Assembly: GCA_001643675.2 (NCBI GenBank) | Contig: LSRY02000014.1 | Coordinates: forward strand, 620,001-684,000 | DNA length: 64,000 nt | Direction: 5' to 3' | Source of the DNA: Monocercomonoides exilis PA203 | Lineage: Eukaryota; Protista; Preaxostyla | In this document: positions 22,707 to 36,514 of the stretch, in pieces | Layout of the letters: each line of letters starts with the position of its first letter | Position numbering within the stretch: position 1 is the first letter of the stretch | The notes under the pieces: model-generated | Seen by the model: the letters and a program-made list of their open reading frames with translations, nothing else | Told to the model about the DNA's origin: nothing | The model's database searches: none | Translations under genes and position numbers: made by a program

Positions 22707-23611
22707 CGTTATTGAAAAAAAGGAATGTTTTGAGTGTATTTCAGTTCTGTGTATTCAATATTTGGAATTATTTGTTCATAATCATCACATATCTATATAT
22801 TTTTTCTGTTGCATCATGAAAACAACATTCGTTCGAGCGCAGCTTTCTTGGAAAGCATAGCTAACGATAATTCAATTCATTTTAAATGATATTGAATGCT
22901 TCAACAACGTCTATTTCACTTATTGTGTGTCTAAATTCTTTCGTTTTTTTAGAAAAATAATTGGATGAGCAATTTTATATGTGGATATTTTTTTTCCCCA
23001 AAAAAATAGTGACAAAATAAATGTGAAGCAAAAATGAACAAAACAAGCTGGAGTATGTATTTATAACTTGTTTTGTGTTCGCAATAAAAAATATGTCTTG
23101 ATTTATTTAGTTTCACAAGAAAGATCTCGAAAGTTTTCTGTTATTTGATTTCATTCTTATCATTTGATTTGCAGAGTTTGTTGATTAGAATGCAGATGCA
23201 CTGGGATGAAATGGCGTTGCAAATTCGATGAGTTTTCTTTTGTTTGCTGGCTGACAGATTTTTCTCCTTTCTGTTTCATTTTGAAGTGAATATCATTATT
23301 AATATTGTTTTTTGATTTCGATGATGGATTAAATGACACGAAATAAGATATTTTTTTGTGTCTCATCAGCCAAGTGGATTGCGCAATCCATCGAAAAATC
23401 AATGTGCATTCAAAAACTGACAAGGAGAAACTTGTTGAGGAAAAAGAATCGCATAACGAACAATGGCCAGCAATTTGTGTTCACAAATCACTTCGTGACA
23501 AACTCCATTCAAACACAACTACAACAACAAAGAAGAGAAAGAAGAATAGGAAGAAAAGTGAAATGAAATATTCAAAAATCAATTGTCTCAAATCAACATC
23601 GCATCAGAACT

Positions 23612-25922
23612 CAAACAGGCAGCACAACTCGCAAATCATGCTGCTTCACAACAAACTTTGAAAAGCAAACAAAAACGAAAAATAAATAAACAATAAAATA
23701 ATTGGTGTTGAAAATCTGACAGAAAAATAAAACTCTCCTCAACCCCGTTCCACAACTCCATTCCACAATGTTGGCTCGCTTCCTTCAAGCAAATCCAGCT
23801 CATCTTTTCATTCTGACTCTTTTTTTGAAGAGGTGCATCACTTCATCTCTCCTCCTTTCACCATGCCCATTCCTCTCAAAGGCTTCTGCTCCAACAGCCA
23901 TTTCCCTTTCAATCATCCTCCTTTTGCATTCCTCCTGCCTAATGCATCAACATGCACTATTTTTGGAGAGGATGTTGTTGTGAATGGCAAGAACACCTAA
24001 CATTGTCTTCATTGTCTCATTTTCATTGCTCTCCTGCTCCTCTGCTCTCCTGCTTGCCAACTTCCAATCCACATCTTCTCACTCCTCCGACTCGCTCATC
24101 ATGCTTCTGTTCAGCCCAGCCACGGACTCTTCCAGAACACAGATCGCGTCTGTCATCGTCATGATTGCTGCCCCTTTCGGAAACCGCACAATAAACTCCC
24201 GCTTCAGCTCGTTCACACTCGGCCGCTGCCCCCAGTCTTGCGACAGGCACCCCTTCACCACACCCGCCAAGCTGCTCCCTCCCACCTTGCTTACATCCGG
24301 CTTCTCCCCATTCACAATCTTCTGCCCCGCCACCTCTGCGGCATACTCCCCAAACGGGATCTCCAGCGTCAGACACTCCCACAGCATTATCCCAATCGAG
24401 AACACAACTGATTCCTTTGTTGCTCCCATCTTCTTGCTCATCAGCAGCTCAGGCGCCTTCCACCGCAAGCACTCCTTCCTGAGATCATCATCATCCTCAA
24501 AGGCAGACGAAGGCGGAGGCGAGTTTGTGAATCTCTCACTCATCACCGAAATATTGGAGGACGAAGAAACAACAGTTAATGAAGAGATTGACGATGACTC
24601 TGAATCATCTGAAGATGAACAATCAGAGTGCAAGGCAATGCAGATCACCATGTGCTCGGAAAATAACACAATGTGGGGACTGAGATTGGTGAGAGATGAG
24701 AGAGGATTCTCCATTTCATCAAATGAATGGAGTGCCAGATTGGCCACCCAGAACAGGATCTGTGCAGCTGTTTGCTCTCTTTCCTGAAGACTCCCAATTG
24801 CCATTTCCTTCTTCTCATTCCTTCCATGAAGCAGCATGAACAATGAATCCCTCAGATCCACAATCAATTTTTCATGTGGAGACGAGCATGCCATAGCATC
24901 CACCAGATTCGACATCGATGATGTGGTTGGACAAGCATCTTCCATGCGAACAAATGTTGAATCTGAATCAGTTGAACATGTCGAAGACATTGATGGCGAT
25001 GGTGATCTCTTTCTTATCTCTTCTTCCTCAACCTTCTCCAATGCCCATTCTGGAATCTTGTCAGAGTCTCTTCCAAGAATATATTCAGTGGAGCCACTCT
25101 CACTCAGCAAATGCTCTGATGACTCTGAGTGTCCCAAGCTTTTCTCATACACCCTCTTTTGATCCTCTCATCGTTCTTCTTCTCGACATCCCCTGCCACT
25201 CTCCTCCACTGCTCCTCTGGAGACATCTCCATCGTCACCATCTCAAATGCCTTCGGATCTTTTCTGATATTATCATTCACAATCTCTCTGAGATCTTCTG
25301 CTTCATTCTTCACCTTCTTCCACCGGACAATGAATATAATGGATATAATTAACAGTATTACTACAATCGCAATGCACACAATTAATGCCCATGAGAATTT
25401 TCCTTCTTTCCCTCCTTCAACAATTCTGCCATCTCCTTTTCCTTCGGTTTCGCTTCTGTTCTTCAGGATAAACGAATCAGTCGATGAAGGCGAATCAATC
25501 TTTCCAAACAGAAGACTCACACTCACTTCTGTCTCTGCTCCCACTGCTCCCATCTGAACCGATGAAACAACTGCAACAATTTCGTTCTCTGACACACTTT
25601 CCTTTTCTCCAATCCCATAGCTCTCAACCACCTCTTCCCTTCCATTCCTGAAGCTCAACTTCAACCAAACATCACATGGCAGAAGAAGTCTCCCACTCAG
25701 CGTGATGATTGTTCTTCCCTCAGATGCCGTCTCATTCCTCGCCTCTTCCACAACTGGGATGAATAGTGGTGATGCTCTCTCCTCCATCATCCCGCTCAAC
25801 TCGCATCCTTCATTCAATATCCAAAGTGAAGAATTATCCTTCCATCCATCTCCTCCTTTCAAACTCATCACATTCAACACCCCTGAATCTGAGCAAATGA
25901 TATTTCTTCTCAGTGATGGATA
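23612..25922 (-). repeat. Right arm (2311 bp) of the inverted repeat; 905-bp spacer at 22707-23611
   Basis: Coordinate sums are 46318 (inner end) and 46317 (outer end), consistent with one 1-bp deletion (T4 at 25157-25160 versus A5 at 21157-21161). Confidence 0.97.
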
Positions 25923-28900
25923 ATTTGATATCAAGGGATTGTTGTCAATGAACTCTCCTTTCTCAATTATCGCATTTCCTCCACTAATTGCAAGTCCACC
26001 ATCATGTGAATTCGAGATAGTTGAATCTTTCATCATCACAAAACTCTCCTTCACCTCAACAACTGATCCATTCCATTTGCATATCTCATTTTTGTTGCCA
26101 TTTCCATTTGCTTTTTCATCCATATTTCTAATCTTCACAGACTCTCTTTCGTTTGTGTTGCCATCAAAAATGCAGCTCTCAATCACAGTGCTTTCACTCT
26201 CCTTCACAGAAATACATTTTCCCTTTCCTTCTCCATTTGCAGCAAGTGTATTTCTCAATGAACAATTTGTCAGCTGTGTCATCTTTTTCATTTTCAAACA
26301 TGATATCAACGATGCCCCATCGTCAGACGACGTAATGTTTGCTGCATTCATTTTTTCTATTGTCAACTGCTCTCCTTCAACTGCGTCAATAAGGTTTGTT
26401 CCCATCCTGAGATCAAAAAAGTCACACGAAATTAAGGAAAGGATTGCAGATTGAAGCATACAGACAGCCGAATCAGACAGTGAAAGATCTGACACCACAC
26501 AGCCCTCAAGCATGCATTCACCTCTCTCAATTCGCACAATGCAAAATAATAAATCCGCTTGCACATGTTCTCCAATTCCCTCTGTGATTTTGGTGCTGAA
26601 TGTGCAGTTTGCCACTTCCAGCAATCCTCCTTCAGGGAAAAGAAGAATAGAATGAAGTGAAGCAAACTCCGGCTCAAACACAAACTTCAGTCTTGACATT
26701 GACACAGCGCCTGTTGTTTCTATCAGAGCCTCTCGGGAACATTCGATCGCAGGACACACTTCCACAACGCACAATCCTCGACCTCTCGAACTCAGACTCA
26801 TCTCTTCCAGCTGCAGCTCCCCATTGATCACACTTGCTCCATCTGCAAACACAAGGCTCATGAACTCTGAAGTCAGGTGCATCAGCCCATAATCAATCGA
26901 ATAGCACGGAAGAGTGTACGTACCACACTGGCGCTCATTCGACCCATTCATGCTCGACACAATAATCGTATCGCTCTGATGGATTGTGATGAAATCGATC
27001 AAGTTTGTATCTCCAGTGTGCTCAGTCACATCTATTCCATATATCGCATTCAGCTGAACATAATACTTCTCTCTCAGATCGAAATGAAATTGCGTTTCAT
27101 TAATCTGGCTCGTGATGTTGTAGCACTCAACAAAAATATCATTCCCCACACCTGCTGTGTTTGCACTCCAATTCATCTTCTCAAACACAAAATTCAGCCT
27201 TCCTGTTTCTCTGCTCCTCAAATACACTCCTCCTCCTTTCCCACTCTCGCTGCAACAGCACCGACTTATCGTCGACTTCGAAATACGCAATGCCCCTGAC
27301 CCACTCAACACAAATAGCATCACTCCGCCTTTCTCGCTTGCTTCTGCTTTGTTGTCCACAAACAAACTGTCCTCAATCCTCAACTCAATCCCGCTCTCTC
27401 CTTTCATCTCACACACACTTGCCCCATCATCGCTTCTTTTCATTCCAACAAACGAGCAATTCTCAATCAAAATATCGCACATTTCTTTCCCACTGTTCGT
27501 GCACATTTGCTCTTCAGTTTCCTTCACTGTGAAAACACATCCTTCTGTTTCATTCAGAGATGTGCAATCGACACTCGCCATGGTGCAAGCAACGCCAACT
27601 TCATTGATCACAAAAACACTGCATCCCACGCTGCTGGAGTCCATCGACAAATCTTTCACAACCAGTTCTCCTGCATCCATCGCCACAAACACGCATCTGC
27701 TTGGAGTGCTTTGCTGAGCATCTGAACGAAACGAGCATCCAGTCATTTCAAACTTCCCAGCTCTATTTACAACTGCAGTTCTGCAAACACCATCAACTCC
27801 AGTTCTCGAGTGAAGTGCAATGCCTGTGAACGAAAGTGACTTGTGATTCACCAAATAGCAATCCAGTCCATCTTCAACTGCCTTCTCCAAAAACAGCACA
27901 GCCTTTTCATTTTCTTCACCCATTGTCTCTGCTTTTTTAAACCGACAGTTGGACACATTGAAAGAATCTTGAATGATAGTTGATCCTTCAATTTGAATTG
28001 CTTTCATTTCATTTCCCTCCATCATGTTTTTCACCCCTTTCCACAGTGTTCTGCATGGCTCTTCCTTGCTTCCACACCTCGTCACATCAAATCCATCCGA
28101 TGAGATAAATATCTCAAATGAGCTGTACGGAATCAGAAACATGAACAAATCTTTATCTGAATGAATGTTGTCGCTCCCAACAAACAGCAATCTATCTTCC
28201 TTCATCGACTCATAATCAAATCTGAATGTATCTACCCTCACTGTGCTGTTCAAATCAGCCGCCAAAATAAACACATTCTTTCCAATATCTGCTCTGTTCT
28301 TGTCAAACTTCACACCAACATCCATGAGCAAAGGCATGCCGTTGTTGCCGCTGCTGCATTTCTGGCAATTCAAAAACAAAAACCCTCCTCTGCTGCGATC
28401 ACCAGATAGCGAGCAGATAGATGCATCAATATCCTTGATCGCAACATATTCTTCTTCTTTCAAAATCACATTCATCACACCACCTTCATTGCTCTCAGTA
28501 TTCTCTATTTGAGAGAAGTTGCAGCGTTCAATCTCCAGCGAAGATGAAACAATAAACGGTGAAATGGCAAACAGGCAACATTGCAATGAGCACCTAATCA
28601 TCGAGCATGTTCCACTCGTTGCTTTCACAAGCGAGTATTCAACTGCATCTGCCACCATCACAGCAAAAATGCAATTCTCAAATCGAAGCTTTCCACTTGA
28701 CAAGATCAATGATGCCAATTTCTCCTCAAACAACGAAGGAATCTCAAGCTTCAGCGAAAGCAAACTGAGTGAGTTGCTCGAAGCAATCACTGAAGTCATG
28801 CCATTCCCTGTTATTGAGCTGGAAAAGTGGATGAGCTTCCATTTCACCTCTTCCTCTTTATTCACATGGCAATCAAAAGCCATCTCTTCATCAAACATAA

Positions 28901-31900
28901 AGCAATCTTCAATTCTGTTTTCATCCATCACAACAAGTCTCTTTTCAAGTCCAGCTTCATTCCCGCCAATATGTGCAATACCACTCCACACAGAACAGCA
29001 AGGAAAAATCTCGCTTCCACACCCAGCTGCATCATATCCCTCTGAAGATACAAACACTTCCTCCGCCTTTCTTTCAACAAGAAACAACCGAAGATCCACA
29101 CTTTCTTCAAACCAATCTCGATCCCTTCCTTTCATATCAACCAACACTCCTTCTTCATCCTCATACTCAAATCCAAACCTCGCACTTGTCACCGTTTCGT
29201 TCAGTTTCTTGCATGAGACAAACAAATCCTTTCCTTCAAACGCTTGGTTGCCTTTGAATCGCAATTCTGAAAATCTGATGTTGTTCTCGCTGTCATCCAG
29301 CACATCCAAATACACTCCTCCTCCTCTTCCTTCATTTTTATCAGCTGCACATTTCATAAAAGATACAGCTTCAACTTTTATTTGCTCATTCATTCCCAAT
29401 TCGCATCTGATGCATCCGCCTTGCATGCTTTCAGTTTGAATATCTTCAAAAGAGCTCTCTTCATTGATGCTCAATTTGGCTCCTTTTTTCGATACCAAGC
29501 ATGAGCTCAACCCCACAACGCATTTCGTAACCGTTGTGTTCTTCAAAGACGCTTCAGATCCTGCTTCATTCATAACAAGCCCAACACCGTTCGTGTGCAT
29601 ATTATCGATCGTGCAGTTTTCAAAACCTGTGCTTCCATCCTTGCACATTGCAATCCCACTTCCTGCAAAATGCACTCCTTTCATCACATCCCTGTCAAAA
29701 TGAACAAATCCTCCTTTCGCAGCAACTATCCATTTCCCACATTCATTCGACGCACTTCCACAGCCAGAAAATGTGCAGCCAACAAAAGTGCATTGTCCCA
29801 CCCTCACTTCCACAACTGATTGTTCTTCTGCCAGATTCATCGGTGCTCGCGGAAGAACAAACTCAAGAACTGAAAAAATCAAATATGTCAATGCCTCTCC
29901 CTCTGTTTGCTCAAATTTTCCTTCCTCTCCAACAACCATTTTCTGTGCCTCATCATTCCCTTGCATCGTCAGTGATTTTCCATTTCTATTGATTGTCCCA
30001 TTCACTTCTGCCTCCCCTTCCAGCTGCATGATCACATGCTCATCTTTCATCCGAGCAAACCCCACATCAACTGACAAGCACGGGTTTTCCTTCAATCCAC
30101 AGTTCTGCCCGTCGTTCCCTGTTCCATCCACAAACATATATGATCCCAAAGATGGGAACAAATAGCTTATGATAGACCTTTCCTTGCTGGCGTCAGAAAG
30201 CTCTTCAACCCACATCAGCTTCTGAACTGTCGCGTTCGTGGCTGTCCCATACCACAATGTCGGAAGAAGCATCAGCCACGGCGACTCACACACCAAATAC
30301 ACATCATCTCCCTTTTCTGCCACACTGTTTCTGAACTCATTGTTTTTCATCGAATATGTGATGTTCGTGCTCTCAAACCTCACATACAGCCCTCCTCCCT
30401 TTCCACTTCCAGATGGCACAGTGCACTTGTCCATCTTATTGCGCTCATACACAAACCTCCCTCCTTCTCTCACAATCATCACTATTCCTCCTCCCATTGA
30501 ACCATCTGCCTCACAACAACACTTCTCAAAAGTGCAGTTTGTAATCTCAATGCATTCTCCATTCCTCACATCCCCATTCATCACTCCCCCATTTCCATTA
30601 TTCCTCGTTATCTCCAAAAATGTGTTGTTCTTCATCATCAGGCTCATTCCATATCCCTCCTCTCCATTTCCAATCACAATAATATTTCCATCAGCAAAGT
30701 CTGTCTCTTTTAGCGTTGAGTTTGCAATCACTGCTTCCTTCCCTCGCTTCAACTCAACCACACTCCCTCCTCCTTCCCTTGTTGCATTCCAAATTGTCAC
30801 TTCATCAATCAGACCTTCCACACCAACACCATCAATCACAATCATCCCTTTTCCAAGTGTCTCAAAGTTCCCGAATTCACATTTCACCATCTCAATCTTT
30901 CCTCCTCTGCAACAAACACATGTTGCCTCAACTATCCCTTCTTTGGTTGCAAATGAACATCCTTCAATTCTCAAAACATTGCCATTGCACAGAAACACAC
31001 TGTTCTTCATCGATTCTGCAAACCTTGAAACAACAAATGCCAAATTGAAAAACTTCACATTTTGCATTGTTTCAATCGTGCTTTCCTTTTCCTCCTCTCC
31101 TCCTCCTGATCCATCCACAACAACTCGTTGCATCTGCATCTCTCCGTCAATTGTCATTGCCTGCGAATCAATTACAATTTCTTCTTCAATTGAGAAAGAA
31201 GAAATGAGACGCAGCACTGCCAATGATGTGCCAAACAAGGCTTTCCCTGCATATTTCAGTGTGCTGCACGGAAAATCAAAATACCCGCATTTTGTGTGAT
31301 CCATTCCTCCATTTCTTCCATAAATATATCCAACTGTGGGTTTTTCGCGAAACAGCACCACAAGCGGAATCAGCTGACCAACACTTCCATTTTCCATTCC
31401 CATCAACTCCTTCAAATCCGGATTCTTGTCAACATCAACCTCAAACGAAAAATTGAACGATGTTTCATTCACAAGCTCTGACAAGCTCTCACACTCTATC
31501 ATCACATTCTTGCCTCCAAAACTTGCTGAATTGGCTGCCTCTTCCGTTCCAAAAGTCAACTTCGTCATCACAAAATCTCTTCCTCCTTCTTCACACCTTA
31601 GCATCACTCCCCCTCCATAACCCCCAACTGATCCTTCGCCAATGGCTGAACACTTCCCAAAATATGTCTCACACTCCACAATTCCCAGCCTCATCACTCC
31701 TGTTCCTTTCAGCACCACGCTTATTCCTCCTCCGCATCCCTTTGATGCTCTACAGCCTTCAATCTCAACATCATAAACACTCATCCTGCACTCATCTCCA
31801 ATCACTCCATTCACAACACTTCCATTCCCTTCCAATTCATTCACACCCTGAAATGAGCTGTTTGTAATCGAAAGATCCCTTCCTTCTCTGTCACAAATGA

Positions 31901-34900
31901 ATCCGCAATTTTTGTTTCCACAGCTTTGTACTGTCACATTAGCCAGCGAAAGTGAATTCTCAGATGCATACTCAATTAGACCATTTGCGTCCATCATCTG
32001 CACATCGCTGATAAAGACATTATTTATCAATGCTTTTCCATTTCCTTTCAGGCACAGTATGGGAGCTGATGCAAACTGCACAGCTTCTATCCTCAACCCT
32101 GCAACAGAAAGACTTCCACTTTGAAGGCGAATGAACGAATAATTGCACTGAATCACAGAAAGCTCGCACTCAATTGCACATTCTTCAATTTGCAGCTCTC
32201 CACCAGCTCCTGATACTTGAAACACACTTGTTTGAGCAGATGGAAGCGATCCAGGAAGAATGTGAACAAACAGCTCAAACTTGACTCTCGAAAGCACTTC
32301 AATCATGCATATACTGCCAGTCTCGTTCCCCTTCATTTCCATCCTCGTTCTCGTTGCAACCCCACAAAACTCGTATCCTTCACTTTCGTTCAGTATCACA
32401 CTCTCTGAAAATGAATACGTTTCTCCAAATCGCACTTTTCTTTCTTTCCCCATCACTCTCTTCAATGCATAATCAACTGTTTGGCACCTGAACTCTTCAA
32501 ATCCACAAACAACAACATCCACCCCACTGTTGCTCATGAACATCCACTCAGGATCGTCTGCAAGGTAATATTTCAATGGAATGATCAAATCTCCCCACTT
32601 TGAGTCAATTCCCATCGCCAAAGAGCTGAGATCAGAAATGTGAATTGGAAATTGAATCTGTTCTTTTCTCACACTTGTTGCCAAATCTGGAGATTGCACA
32701 AACAGATCTGCTCCATGCTCTGCCTCGTTCAATCTGAAAACAAGTGTTTCTGATAGCTCAAATCTTGCCTCAGCATCCAAAAGATGAAGCAGCATCCCTC
32801 CTCCTCTCCCATTCGTTCCACTTCCTGAGGGTGCGCTACATGCTTCAAGCTTCGTCGATGAAACATACAACTCGCTCGCCTTTTCCAGCACTGCGTGCAT
32901 TCCTCCTCCCCCATTGCCATTTCCAGACACTCCGCATCCTTTCAATGAGCAGTTCTCTATATCAACAACAAATCTGCTTGCTTCGTCTGCTTGCAAAGAA
33001 ATGCTTGCACCATCCCCATCTGTTCTCGTGATGTTTTCAAATGATGTGTTCTTCAGCTCCAACAACGAGCACACCTCAATGTGAATCATCCCACTCTTCT
33101 CCAAAGCACAATCTCCAAATGAACAATTCTGAATTGATACTGAATTGCTTGTGGCCATTCTGATCACTCCTCCACTCCCGCTTGCTCTCACATTGTTCAT
33201 TGTCAATAGATCAATTGTGCATTTCGCACTTCCATCCACAAGCACCATGTAACTTTCAAACAACACCTCTCTCTCAGCCCCACATCTCAGCCTCAGCATC
33301 TGCATATACCCACCGCTCGCTCTGGCAAATATATACCCAATCGTATTTGCATTGTCCATCCCATCAATCGCACAGTCAATAATTCTCATGTCTCCGGCCA
33401 ACGAATATACAAATGTGGAACGCCCTGAAATCGATTGCCCCAGCTCAAAGGTGATGTTTGTGAGTGTTGTAGTAACATTGTTTTTCACCAACCAGTCGTG
33501 CTCTTTTGGTTCTATTGTCTCCACTCTCAATCCAATAGCTTTGTCACTCGAATCTATTTCATATGACTGCTCGCTCAAAGTTATTTCCTCCACAAATCCA
33601 AATGTGTTCACAAGCCTCACAACTCGTTTCGATTCTGGAAACCGATGCTCTGCAGCTTTTTCAATCGTTTGGCATGGATAATCAGCATAACCGCACAACC
33701 TTAAATCATTTCCATTTGCTTTTCCACTCACATATGCAGGTGGCTGAAAAGCTCGCAGAAACAAGGCAAGCGGAATAATAATCTCAGGATTGCCTCTTTC
33801 AATACCGCTCAACTCACCGAAGTTTGTCGAGTTGATTCCAATTTGGGGACGAAATCCAAGTGATGCATTGCTGATGACCTTCGACAGGCTCTGCGCTTCC
33901 ACAAATACATTCTTTCCTCTCCAGGCATCACATCCAACAAAGGCACAAAGCTCAATCCTGAAACTGCATTCGTTGCTCAGGCATGCCAGATGCATCGCCC
34001 CTCCTTTCCCTTTTTTTGTTTCATCAGCAGGTGATGAACATGACTCAAACATCACATTTGAATTGCCTCCAATTCGCAATTCGCTTCCTGTTTGCATCGA
34101 AAAGTGAATCCCTCCCCCATTGCCATTTGCACAAGAGCACATTTTCAGCGTTGTGTTTGACAAGCCAAAAGAACTTCCAGAATCTAATGAACTGGAGAAA
34201 ATAGATCCACTTCCAGTGGCTCTTGTGATGTTCTCAAAGGTCACATTCACTATTCTTGGAGAATTTCTCGAAGATAGTTCAACTTCACTGAAGATTGGCA
34301 CTGAAAGAACCATATTCCGAATCTCCACATTTTCCAGCGAAATGCAATGCATGTTCGACATGAATGGGGATGCATCTATTTCGCTTCCTCCTGATTCAGA
34401 GCCTGGAGATAAAATGAGAACATCAGACAAAGAAAGCACTCCCGCAGAAGAGCTCACCACAAAAAGTCGTGGAGATGGATGTGCTGCTGAATCATGTTGT
34501 ATTTGAATTGCTGTTATCATCAAACTCCCACTCGATACGCTGAATAAAACTGAAGATGCTTCCAAGGATTGTGTTCGAACAATTGAATTAAGATGGCTTT
34601 CTCCAGAAACTTCAATGTGCTTTTCTCCACAGTCAATCGAAGCACGTGGAGCAAATATGGAAGCTAACACCTCCACTCCTTGTGTCGTGGCATATCCTGA
34701 ATTTCTCACAGCTCTTTCAATCGTTTTGCAAGGTTTGTCTTCCGATTCCCCACAAAGCAACTCAGCATCATTTCCATTGCTGGAAACATAACGCTTCAGC
34801 AACCCCAGCCCAAGCCAGGAATCATAATCTGTTCCACTGCCGTTGAACCAAACTCTTTGCTTTTCTGTGGTCGAGTACGATAATTCAAATGGACAGTCAA

Positions 34901-36514
34901 TCAAATTCGGATAAACAATGTAAACATCATGTCCATTTCCATTTCCTGCAGTGTTTCCATCAAAAAAGCAATATGCCATAAAAACAAAACGCTCTCCTAG
35001 TTGCATGCTTTTGTACTGATATATTATAAAAGCCCCACCATCACATCCCGCTATATTCCTCTGAAACGCAGATTCTTTCAAAAGAAATGAAGTTTCAAGT
35101 TCGTATTCCACTAATAAGGCTCCCGCTAAAGATCCTGCCTTGTTTTGCGTGAATGTACATTTGTCAACAATGAATGGATCAACTTTCTTTCCATCTTTCC
35201 CAAAAATCTTCACCAACCTCACTGCACCAGCGTAATAGTTGCTGGAATTGCATCTATCAAAAAGGCAACCGAATAGAAGAACTGATCCTTCAGATGTATT
35301 ATAGCATTGAACAGCTCCAACACCGTTTGAAGTTGAATAGCATTGAGAAAAATTAGATAGCTCAATGTTCATTTTCATGATTCCATCTGTGTAAATAGCA
35401 CCGCCATGAGGTGCAGAACAGCTATATCAAAAAATCATTTCGTTTGACATTAAAGTGAAAAAAAAAACGTTATAAAATTATAATTTTTAAAAGAAAAAAT
35501 GTAAATTGATATTCAAACAAACCTATTAAATTTACATCTTTGAACAATAAAAGATACAAGAATGTACAATGATTTCATTCCGCCACCATAATCTGGGGAA
35601 ATACATCCATCAAATGTGTCGTCTTCAAATGTTTCTGATTGGGTCAGAACTTGGTGTCCTGATTCTCCTGAATAGTGTGCATTAGCGTTTGCATTTCTGA
35701 TGCATCGTTGATATGTGTTGTTGGATGAAAACAGTGCTGTGCCTGCAGTGTTTATTGATCGAACAATGCCTCCATAAAAGACATCGCAAACTTCACAGAA
35801 CGAGCATCCTGAAATCGAATTCAAACTCTCTGAAAAAGAAGAAGGAATTTTGATTGTTTGTGCTGAAGCGATCGACATGTTGCAAAATGAAGATCTTGCC
35901 AAATTCACATCTTCTTTTCCTGACGAAGAAAGAAATGGAGAAGAGAGCAGTTGCAGAGACGAAAAAGCAGAATTGGATACACTCACTCTGTTTGATGTTT
36001 CGTGTGTTAAAAACGCTTCAGTTGGATGGGAAACCATCAACGAAGGAATGCCGTTTTCAGCAGTAGATGTTGTGAGTGAAATGTTCACACAACACAAACA
36101 ACCACTTGTTTGCAGGAACGGAGGAATACAATTTTTGGTTGAATATTTCATCGAACAGTGGCTGATAGACACTGAAGATTCATTGATGAAAAACACTGAA
36201 CTGTGCTCTTTTGCGCATATCTCCGCATTCCATGCTGAAAGTGTGGAATTCATTATGAGCATGCTCGCATCAATTCTGGTCGAACTCCCATAGCACTGAC
36301 CTTGCCTCTCATCATTGTTCCTCGCATCCCCAGGTGGGTTGTCGTTATTCGGCAGCATCTGCAAATAAACAGGTGGAATTAAAAGATGCATATTTGATCC
36401 TTCACTCATTTTCTCGCTCTGCTTTGACCAGAAATTATCCGCTATTCCTCCACATAATGCCATATTGACAGCAAAAGACAGAAGTACAGCAAACAAACAA
36501 TTTGATGCTTGCAT
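24079..36514 (-). CDS. Giant receptor B, paralog of A (~4111 aa if the frameshift is corrected). Exons 36514-35523 and 35421-24079; a 1-bp frameshift near 25157 gives a stop at 25104.
   Basis: ATG at 36514 with signal-like MQASNCLFAVLLSFAVNMALC. A 101-bp GTTTGT...ATAG intron (35522-35422) joins ORF 35513..36523 in frame to ORF 25104..35378, creating FNSCSAPHGGAIYTDG. Eight Cys motifs are colinear with gene A. ORF 24079..25152 is the same pseudokinase as in A. Confidence 0.88.

Noticed and set aside
10701-35356. Numerous 60-350-aa ORFs antisense or out of frame to the two giant genes
   Set aside because: Shadow ORFs from TA-poor, G-rich codon usage; they translate to Pro/Ser/Phe-rich mirror text with no motifs
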